Positions 12,076 through 22,420 of a DNA stretch of 64,000 nucleotides are shown here, in pieces. Within the stretch, counting starts at the first letter, position 1. Each line of letters opens with the position of its first letter. The notes under the pieces are model-generated. The model did not search any database, was not told the DNA's origin, and saw only the letters and a program-made list of their open reading frames with translations. This stretch comes from Ophelia neglecta (taxonomy: Eukaryota): positions 16,740,001 through 16,804,000 of the forward strand of contig OZ260665.1 in the NCBI GenBank assembly GCA_965285935.1. Reading direction: 5' to 3'. Made by a program: the position numbers and the translations under genes.

Positions 12076-12720
12076 TCCCAAGGGAGTCCTGCTGGTTGCC
12101 ATGCCGACTGAGTTAGGGAGCAGGCGCCCGTCTTGTCGTCATGGTAAACGGGAAAGTTGATGTCAAATTACGAGCCATTAGCAGAAAACCAAAGTGTGTT
12201 AAGCCCGAGTCGACATCATTTCCAGGGTTCCGAAAAAAACGAGCATATTTGTAGGCGATTGGGGATTGCAGGCGATCCGTTTAGTGGAAAATAATTGGAT
12301 GAAATAATGCCAGATTCACGAATTTCGTATCGCTAAATAGCTCGCTGATCCGAGAGCGTTCATCGGCTTGGCAGACGGCAAGTTAACAGGGACAAGTCAC
12401 ACGATTGCGGTCGCCAATGGCAACTGTAGGCGGTAATCCGAGAGATAGGGGTCCCGGATGACAACAGAAAGATAAGCCACTTCTCGGCCTTTTGTCAACC
12501 AAGACAGGCGAGTTGACGTGTGGGCATGCGCGAGGTGGCAGCCTGTCACTTCCGGCGGCGTTCCAGAGCACAAGGTTACCTTCAAATTGGGTTTTTGACG
12601 GGAGGATGTTGTGAACGGCGCGTGTCAAGTCTCGGATCTGTCAGACGTCACATGAGGCTAACGAGAATCTATTTACTACTAAGACGTATGAGAAAATGGC
12701 GTGGTCACCGTTGGCCTTAG
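12076..12720. promoter_or_regulatory. CpG-rich promoter/enhancer-like motif cluster (EBF/COE, three RFX X-box-like sites, NRF1-like, ETS, CRE-like)
   Basis: TCCCAAGGGA 12076, GTTGCCATGCCGAC 12095, GTCGTCATGGTAAAC 12135, GTCGCCAATGGCAAC 12410, GCATGCGC 12524, ACTTCCGG 12548. Confidence 0.4.
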
Positions 12721-14591
12721 CAGAAAAATCGTAATAAGTCTCTTTCATGGTATAACAGATCATTATCTATAAACGCTAACCAACAATATCTCAGTCTGTC
12801 TTGGGCTTAATGGGAATTGGGAAAGGGGTGTGGGGAATTATTAAAGATAGCTAGATGAAATGGCCATGTGAGCGGACAATAGCAAGACTACGCGCGAGTA
12901 TTTAATAGCCGCATTCCGGAGTGTTTACGCCTAGATTAGATCCGGGATGGGTCTGACGGTTTGGACACAGGTTCATACCGAGATTCCCACGGTCCGGGTT
13001 CAGGTAACCACCGCGTGACATCACACATACGGGTCTCGGGTGACATCACACATACATACGGGTCCTGATTAGTATTCAAAGCTCGTAAGCAAACTATACG
13101 GGCCGACCCACAATAGTCTCGCAAGACGAGACTTCAAACGAGAGCGTTGTGCAACAGGTCGTGACCCCTACCGGAGGTACAGACAGCGTTTGTTTTTACC
13201 CTTGGCGCGGACGCGGGTGAACGCGTCAAACCCTCATTAGGCATGCTACTCCTATAGCAAAGGACAAAGGGCGCGGTGGTTGCTGGGAGTTTAAGAAGGG
13301 CCTTGATTATACAAGTCTATTGTTTCGCTTGTAGCCGGCAAACTGTATACGGGAGCCGGGGTTACTACGACCCCCTGCGAGGTGAAAAATGGGTGAAAAT
13401 CCTCACCACGGCCAGGAACGTTTGACAAATGACGGACTGGTGACACAACAGACGGGAGAACTTAAAAAACGACACGGCCTCCTTTGTTTTGTCCCAACTC
13501 GTCGTCTCTGGTCTGACGGTGATGAAATCCCGCCGGCGCGGTTGTCATTAAGTAGTTAGATTGACAATAGAGCATTTATAACTCGTAAGCTCCCCTTCTC
13601 ACCACATTACTGATAATAGTCTCATCAGCCTCGCACGTCTTTAGCTCACAAATACTGACTAGTGGAATATTATGACAACAGTATCAATGATCCTTTAGAA
13701 ACCTGCGAGCCATTGAGCGATAAAAGGTAAGCAGGGAGGTTTTTGCTGATATTAAGGGTTCTATCTGTCTATCTTTGATGTCTCGAAAATTTATACATGT
13801 TTCCACCTGTCGCAGCTTCACGCAATATAGCCCCAGTATTGGTCGTTTAGCTGAACAGTGTAGAGTCTCCCTCGGTCTGTGGTAAGCCACTAATAGCAGA
13901 CGAGACACCGCCTTTCCCGCCGTAAATTGGGCCCCCGTGGGGCGCCCACCATCAACAAATTATCACCTCATTTTCAGATCACCAAACGCTGCGGTAAAAG
14001 TGCTTACCCGGATAGGGAAATTATCTTTTATATTAATTGGGTTGGAAACGTACCCAGCATGCAGTATTCGGAGAATTCCGGATGTTGCTCTGGGCTCCAT
14101 ACGAGGAGTTTGTTTGGCGGGAAGCGATTTGTATAACATTTTATTGATATTTTGCCGCGATTTCCTTTGTGGAAACGGTTTCAAGTTTAGTGGATCATTT
14201 TTTATGAACCCAGCACATTTTTTATTCCCAAACTATATCTACAAGTTGGTCTGTCGTATAAAACACACTCAGGTTTTCAATTAGATGGTCCGTTGAATAT
14301 TTATAAGCGGTCTCAAACACAATTTATACGTTGAGAAAATAATAAATTAATGTGGTGCTAAGTGACTCCACGTGAGCTGTTGTTCTGACAATCTGCCATT
14401 TCTTTCTCGCGCTCCCGTTTTTAATTCTCCCTGTGTAAGGTCCACGAGTTGGCAAAGTATCTGAATTCAATTCTTGATTTGATGAAAACTTGAAACATGT
14501 CACACATATCTGAGTCCATTCCTTGGTGAAGCTCCGGCGAAATTCACAAGAATTTAATAATTCGACAAAAAAGGCGAAAGGCTATTTTTTT

Positions 14592-14692
14592 GGGGGGGGG
14601 AGGGGGTGAAGGGGGATCTCCGATAGGGGGCGGGGTGGGGGGTGGGGGGGGGGTGAGGGGTGAGGGGTGAGGGGTGAGGGGTGAGGGGAGGG
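14592..14692 (+). repeat. G-tract region with (TGAGGGG)n; G-quadruplex-prone
   Basis: More than ten runs of 3 or more G. Confidence 0.85.
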
Positions 14693-14778
14693 ATTTTGGT
14701 TTTCTCTGATAGCGTAAAGCTTTTTTAATAGCTTCATTTTGCTGATTTTAAGAATCTTCGGTTACCTTATTTACTATA

Positions 14779-14956
14779 CAGTGAAACCTGCCTTAAAGAC
14801 CTCCTCTATTATCAGACCACCTGTCAATTCAGACCAATAATATGAGAGCCATTATGTATATTTTCAGTGTTAAATAACCCGTCTAAACAGACCACCTCCA
14901 AAATCAGACCAGTATTTTCCAGTCCCTTGGGTTGTCTTAATTCACAGGTTTCATTG
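14779..14956 (-). mobile_element. MITE family 1, full length
   Basis: TA-CAGTGAAACCTG...CAGGTTTCATTG. Confidence 0.92.
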
Positions 14957-15956
14957 AATTTCAAATGGTTCTTTAGTATCAGTATTTATACCGTTAATAT
15001 TAGGCCTGTGTATATGATTGCCGTATAGTTAACTGAGTGTGGCTGAGGCTGTTGGGCCGAGTTCTTGGCGAGGAGCTCCCTGTCACCGAGATCATACAGG
15101 TGCCATGACACAATTCTCCGGGACCGGTCCCTTTCGGCGAGGTCGGTGCCGGAAAAAATCAATCATGGCTGATTGGGCAAACAAACGACATGCAGAGAGG
15201 AGTCCACAACTGTCTGATAGTTGTTTGATGACCCCCCCCCCCCTTCACAGCCTCAAGAGGTATTTATGGTTATTTTGTTCTGCGCCCTTCTCCCTAGATG
15301 AGTTCATATGTTTGTTTGATGGAGGCCCTGGGTACTCTGTTCCCGACCCCGCCTAGTCGACCCGTCTAGGTGCCGGGCCTAGGTGATACTCCTGCCCCCC
15401 TCCCCGCTCCCTCCCCAAGATAATCCGTCTGATAGCCTCCCCGGCTCCCGGGAGATGAGCTCCCCTCCCGCAGGCCGAGCTAGGTGCCTGGACTCCCCTG
15501 TCTATACACGTCTCCAGTGATATCAGGTCCGCAGTGGACCTGGAGGACTGGATAATCACTGGTAATGGTCGGCCCTCACTCACATCAAACACAGAGTGGG
15601 TCCAATTAATATCCGCTATTAATCTCAGACGTATCTGGCGGTATGGGCTTTGATTGTACAATCGTCGAGCACACACGGGGAGCCTCGGAGGGCCGGCGAG
15701 AGGGACCGGGGGTCGCGAGGCCCGGGTAGACACAGCCCCGGCCCCAGACCAGCCTCAAGTAGCCTGGACCTCATTGTACACTCTAATTAATAACAGCTAG
15801 GCCTACAAAAGAAACGGCTTGGGCAATTTGCAAACTCTCACGGACAGAAAACTCGTCCACTTATAACTACTCCCAGATTTACATCTGTCTTTCTCGGGAG
15901 ATAATAAGTTCTTAATGTGCAACTTCACGTTTTGCTTTTCTTGTGTGTTAAGTGTT

Positions 15957-16240
15957 GTAGGCCTATCATAGACCTATAGGACTAGTATATGCCTATAATA
16001 GTCCTATTACAGGACTATTATAGGCCTCTAGGACTAGTATTGTCCTATGGTACTATCATGTTTTAGGCCTATCAAAGGAAAATAGTCCTATTGTAGGCCT
16101 ATCATAGGCCTCGGGACTAGGCCTATTATAGGCCTATAAAGAGGCCCCTACCCAGCTATCTCAATTAATGTACTAATTTGTTAATGATAGCCAGTGTTTT
16201 CCTGGAAAAGCTTAGGCCTATACAGGCCTATATAAAGTCT
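15957..16240. repeat. Degenerate TAGGCCTA/TAGTCCTA/TAGGACTA low-complexity repeat
   Basis: Many variant copies at roughly 9-12 bp spacing. Confidence 0.8.
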
Positions 16241-16258
16241 AATACCACGCAGGCAGAA

Positions 16259-16390
16259 TTCCGCGCATTAAGTAGCCTTATTCCGCGCATTAAGTAGCCT
16301 TTTTCCGCTCAGTAAGTAGCCTTATTCCGCGCGCGGTAAGTAGCCTTATTCCGCGCGGAATGAGGCTACTTACTGCGCGAATTAAACGAT
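16259..16390. repeat. 22 bp tandem repeat (TTCCGCGCATTAAGTAGCCTTA) x4 ending in a spacer-less palindrome; related copies at 32509-32550 and 51267-51313
   Basis: Direct units then an inverted unit; the same motif is dispersed in the window. Confidence 0.9.
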
Positions 16391-16630
16391 ACGCGAAATT
16401 ACCAATATTAACCATAGGTCTATATATATGATAGCGGCTAAAGCCACGGGCTGAGCTCAGCGTTTGTTACCGCCAAGGATGGAAAATATCGCCGGAATGT
16501 GGTTCAGAGTTTGACAGGGTATATAAATAAAATAGGCGCGTTGTCTTGGCGTTGACTCTGACTCCGTGGCTATCAGACAGACCCACAGGCTTCTAGACCC
16601 GTCGCGACACGGCAGGTGTCGCGACGGATC

Positions 16631-16790
16631 TGTTTAATTGATTTAATTAATTGTCAGGTTTGCGGTTTGATTAATGTAACCACCGCACCGACCGCAATTA
16701 CCGCGAGCCACTTCCTACGGCTCGTCTATAAGAATCGCACCGCAAGTGTTACCACCACAGTGCAATGGAGAAAAACACTTTTAAACCACG
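16631..16790. promoter_or_regulatory. Candidate enhancer: homotypic RUNX cluster plus homeodomain/TALE sites
   Basis: TGCGGT 16661; ACCGCA 16682, 16691, 16739; ACCACA 16754; adjacent TTAATTGATTTAATTAATTGTCA. Confidence 0.5.
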
Positions 16791-17205
16791 GTTTTTGAAC
16801 ATTTAGTGTGTTCCCATTATACAAAGAATAAACTTAAATATACTCATTAGAAATGGGGAAATGGGACCCCTTAGTTGATAGTGAGCTTCAGGGTAAAGCC
16901 GGGTAAGATCATCGCAGTTTTTATTAAATTATTTTGCCCACAATATGCATATATAATAAGGCTATACGAGATGCGCGGAGTGATACATATAGGCCTACCT
17001 TGTGCGTTCACTGACTTAAAGGCTTCTGATGGCGTTTAAGTAAACTAACTAGTTTTTGCGCTGCGCGTTAAATACTTGCGGCGCTGGATAAAACTTCTGT
17101 ACAAAATGAACCTTCCCCCTTTATTTAAACCTAAGTATGGCCTATACCGTCTCAGCCGACATGCACCACTGAGGCCGGTCAAGCCGCCACCAGCTGATTC
17201 AGACG

Positions 17206-17207
<2 letters not shown>

Positions 17208-17241
<34 letters not shown>
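17208..17241. repeat. (TA)n microsatellite
   Basis: About 16-17 TA units. Confidence 0.97.
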
Positions 17242-17243
<2 letters not shown>

Positions 17244-20200
17244 ATTCAGGCTCTGACATCAACTCGCAACAAATCATGTTTTCAATGAGGGTGTCATTTT
17301 ATTTGAAGATGAAATGGCCATGAAACACAACAACAAAAACAGACAGTTCACTGCAAACATAAGGCAAAACTATCCACCCAAGACAGCACCTTTATCAACA
17401 TTGATATGTGGTACTTTCAAAAGCCCCCAGACACCATGTTCATAGACTCCATTGCTCAGCCTATAGGCTATAAACCTTGGCTACAAGGCTAGGAATTTCG
17501 CGTAACTTTGGGTTTCTTTTAAAGACAAGATTACCTACTCAACTATTCAAATCAAGTCAGGAATCAGCGCTGTAAACTTTCATAAATGAAACAATTTTTA
17601 GACCATGTCGAAGTCGGGGGCTCATGTGGCACGAGACTGCGGACCAGTTCTATAAGCTTATTGACTAAATGACTGGAAATCGTTGCTAGTTTTGCATTTT
17701 ATTAGCCCGAGAGCGAAATTAAGCTCTTTGTCGTTTTAAGATGAAAAAGTTAATTGCAAAAAATAACGAGGTCATCAGAAAGGCCAACACATTTGCAAGT
17801 CTTTTATTCTGATTTCCGCAATTTTTTTTCCGGTCGTTTCTCTGGTAAATCATTTGAAATGGTGTCACTTTTTTCTTATCTAGAATGAAAAAAAGTGAGG
17901 AATTAACAACCAAGAATGGGAAACGGAAGTTTAATCACTGGCCACGTAAGGCCGATTTATGGGGGAGGGGAAGGGGAAGGGGGTGTATGTTTTCTTTTTA
18001 AGTCCTCGGAGTTTTTAGGTGTGAGCTGGGTGTCTCTTCCCATAGGGTAATCCCTCACACCCCTCTCCGACCCCAGCACACACCTCACAGTGACAGCGGA
18101 CTCCTCCAGCTCCCCAGATCAGCCAATGTATTGCAGGAAAGAGGTGTAGCCTACTCTTGCTGGCTATAGTTAAGTAATAGCTCGTTGTCTCGTCGGTGTT
18201 CACAAACTCCCGCCGGCGTCGCCGCGGTAGGCATCCGTTGAAGACCCGACAGACAACCGCTTAAAAAGGTAAGGCCTTTTAATATGTGTCTTAGGGGATC
18301 TATACACCCTGTAAACGGTTCAACTCGCCACCAGTATCTGAAGATGTCCTTCAAAAGAAGGCTCTAAGTATAAACTGCCTGTAGACTGTGGCTAGAGCCT
18401 CGTTAATCTGTATTTTTTGTTAGGTATTTCTAGCGGACAGGGTGTTGTGATGGCTCGCCCGAGGCGGTTGTAATAGCTCACACCGGTCGGGAGCCGCCGG
18501 CTTACCGCCTTGGGGACCCGAGGACGATGTAGGCAAGATTCTGTATGTTTATCGTGTCAGGAGATGGGGTTTGTGCGGCCGAGGTGACGTGTTCCCCCGG
18601 GGATGGTTTGTAGCTGAGTATCGGCTCACTGCGCCCTCGACCGCTCAGGGTCTCGCCCCGGGGGTCTCCCTACCGCCTTGCCCGGGGTGTTGGAGAGCTA
18701 AAGGGTGCTAGAACCGGCCTTTCCAGTCCCAGCTCTGCAATTAGATACCTCCCAACCGGGCCCTGGCGCCTTGATAGCCGGCCATGAAGTCTTTAAGACT
18801 CCTTGATGACTTTACAATAGCCCGTTTAGCGCCTGCCATCCGTATATGCCCTTGGGCAAGAAACGCCATATTTTCTTTTATAGCTTCGCGTTAATGGACG
18901 CAGTCTGTAGCCGTCTGACTTTTTGCTCAGTTTCAATCCGGGTATAACGGCTTTAGTCTCGACATTACCCTGGCAATATTACCCAGCATTCCAGGCGGGG
19001 AGGGACTTGGTTCATGGGGAGATTATGCCGGTGGAGATTAGCGTGACGCCATAAGACATAATCCCATTGTTTGCCGTCAGATAATCATCCATGAGTTCTT
19101 GCCACAATCTCCGCCATTTTTGCCGTCTGTGTCGAAGGAGGGAGAGAAAACGTGCGGCGATCTGTCTGAGAAATCAGATTTATGTCTAAGACTAAGCTTG
19201 TTGTAATGTACTATAGAGTCTCCGGAACAAAGGAGAATAGACAGAACAAAAAACGATAATAGATAACAGGCGACCAGCCTTGGATTTCACCGATATACCT
19301 CTAAATAATTCACTATCCGGGTTCAATTTTGACTGGAGAATATTCGAGGTAGGGGGGGTGGGGGAGGGAGGGGGGGTGTTCACCTGTTGGAGGAGATTTT
19401 AGTTCACTGTCAGAGTCAGCACCCAGAAATCCCTGTGCGAAGTGACATCCACCCCACATCAGACTCGCCCGATGAAAATTTACCTTCATACAAAGTATTT
19501 AGGTAACAACACAATCTAAAAGAACGTTCTACCCAGTTCAATTTATTCCACAAATTCACATGATGGTATATGAACTGCGTAACTATACAGTCCATATCTA
19601 CTTTTCCCTGCTAAAGGTCAGAAAAGAAAATTGTACCGTTTGTCTGGAGACAACTAGATAAACATAAAAACGAGAGACAGACCGCCAGACAGATAGACAG
19701 ATAGGTGGACAATATCCCTCAAGTCTCAGAGGTTTTGCTTCCTGTGATCTTTAGTCCAGACGGTGTTGTTTATGGTGGAGCAACCTTTTGACTTCGTCTC
19801 AGAATATGATGGTTTAAGTTCTCGTGCTGGCTTCCCTAGTTGTCTGTGTATATGTACATGTATAGGCTCTTATAGAATTGTACGTGTGGCCATGGCGGCT
19901 AAAGAGGGGGTAGGGGTGACAACCGTAGAAGGGGCTTGAAGCCAGCCCCGATAGGGTGAAGGTTGGGGGGGGGGGGAGCCAGGGGAGTCTCCCACATTTC
20001 TTCCCTTCCTGCAAGCTGCTAGAATTTCTTCGTTCCATAGCTGGTTTTAATCACAGGGGATATAAGCAATATTTTTACACCTTTATCTAGTGTCACTATA
20101 AAACAGAGTATAAGGTTAAAAAGCAAACAAATAAAGTGCCCTGACTCGGTGGCCCGTTTTTTAAAGGGTGGGCGATGGGAGTACCCTCCCAGAGGTGTTT

Positions 20201-22084
20201 GTGTATCTCTTCCTTAGATGGTTTATGAAATTGCCTTTGTCTGAACAACGGAATTGAAAGACCCCCCCCCCCCCGCCCCCCCCCCCTCCCCCCGCCCGCG
20301 TCCTGGAAGAAACACACATCTCTACATGGTAAAAATGACAAACCATTTTCGCAAAGATTTGAATCGTTAATTCTGTATAGCCCTAGTAAATAATTATCAA
20401 AATCCGCCTATTGGTCATATGTCCAGAGATTTCTAATTTTAGCTATAATGCGCCTGGACCTGGTGTTAATATGAGGGTGTGAAAAGGGCGTCCCTCCCAG
20501 AAGAGTTTTCCCCCAGACTCCTGTATGAAAGAGGGGCGTGGGGCGGGTCAGTCCCCTGGCCTCAACGGGAGACAACCCTCTGTAAGCTCTGTAGAGAAAT
20601 TTGTACTTAGGCATTGTATAGAACTACTGATCCCGTGTCCCAGCCCGCCAGCCGGGGTGACCCCCAACCACAACTAGACCCCCACCCCCCTCCCCCTGAC
20701 TGGTCGAGCCTCATATTCTCCCAGAAGGAGATCACATATATAATGTGTTTGGCCTATAACAAGGATTTTAATGTTACATGTCATACATCCGGTGTTGCAG
20801 CCGGGTCTCACACAATTGGACCATAGCTTCTCAGGGCGCACACCACTGTAGGACACGACACTGACCAGTGACGAATTGACCATAATTATTACCTTTTTTG
20901 GTGAATATATGTGAAATGCTACTTACTTAAATATGTCATAAAGACAAATGCAGCCTCTTAAAAAACAATCAAAATAAAATAAAATAAAAGAGGAGAACAG
21001 ATGTTTTGAAATTGAAAAATTAAAAAATAATAGTTTCGTGGTTGAAGTAATTATATAAAACAAGCTTGTAGAGGATGATGTCCATTTGTATAGGAATTAA
21101 TTCTTCTACATTCAAAAAACAAATAATTTGTCCAATCGACATGTTTATGTAAAATGTAAGTTTGTACGCTAGAGACATTTGGCTTCAGTGTTTTATTTCA
21201 AGTAAAGGTGGCCTGTGTGAATATAGTTGACACCTTATTTCTGTCCAGTTTTATTTATTTATATAAGTATTACCTTAGATATCCCTATCCGTTTTCAACT
21301 GTTAGTCTTAGGGATCGACCTTACAATGACCACCTGCAATGAAATATTAAAATATATATATAGTCCAAGTTTTTTTTTTTACGTAACCTGGTATAGGCCT
21401 TAACTAGACTTGAAGTCGTTTATTGGCCGTTAACAATAATAGATGCTTTAGTGCCTCAGTAATTTAAGGACAAAATTATATAAGCCCCAGATAATTTGAC
21501 ATGGCGAACACAGTCTCTACGTCCATAACATACAACAGTTAATTATAAGCTCCGAATTTACTGCTAAAATTAAACATAGCCTTAGCTACACAGATGTACA
21601 TAGATGTATGTTCGGTATTTAATATATTACTGCAATGTGTCCTTGATGCAAATTAAAATTTGGTTTTGACTTTAGAGTGTTTTAGTTTTTTTCCTATAGG
21701 CCTGTTAGTAGCTGTCTTGGTAGGTTTAAAGGGGTTTCTTGTGGCTGCTGATATTCGTTTTTTCCGGCCATGATTGTTCCTGATTCGTTTTTTTACGATT
21801 CCGTTTCGGTGACATCTGGCGCGGGCGAGTGAGTGATGAGTTGGTGACATGACAAGGAGGCCAACCGTGGCCAACTCATCCTGTCGATTGTCTGACTAAA
21901 TCGCTTACAAGTCCAACACAAAGCCCGGCCAGATAAACGACCACACAAGGTAACTCGACACGCAATCTCTGACACAAAGGTCTCTATAATGCACTTCCGG
22001 CGTCCATTGTACTGTTTGTACCTTCACTCCAGAGAGTGCCTCTTTATGAACTTCCTCTGCGAGGTCCCCGGCCCCGAGTCTTCA

Positions 22085-22420
22085 TTTCTGTCAATATTGC
22101 CGCCAGTTTATGTCTTCCGCAGAGTATCTACGTAAATCATACCAATTTCTAACCTAATCATCTTTTGTTGCTTTGTCTCTGCCGGTTTTTGACGCTGTCG
22201 CAAAAAGGGTCGTAATTTATCAGGAGAAAGCGGCGCAACTTTGATTTCTGTTTCACACAGTTTCACACGCGCCGTTATTTGAATACAGAGTGTAGGCTTG
22301 TTCCTTTAACTGCCAGATAGACCCCATCTAATTGACGACTCCACCCTATCTAGTCTGGCCTCTAATTGAATCTTGACGGGCTACCTTTGAGACCAGACTG
22401 TGATTTACGAGCGTAATGAT
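22085..22420. promoter_or_regulatory. Candidate HOX/TALE-responsive element
   Basis: CTGTCA 22088, CGTAAATCAT 22131 and GTGATTTACG 22400 (inverted PBX-HOX sites), GTCGTAATTTAT, two CTAATTG. Confidence 0.4.
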
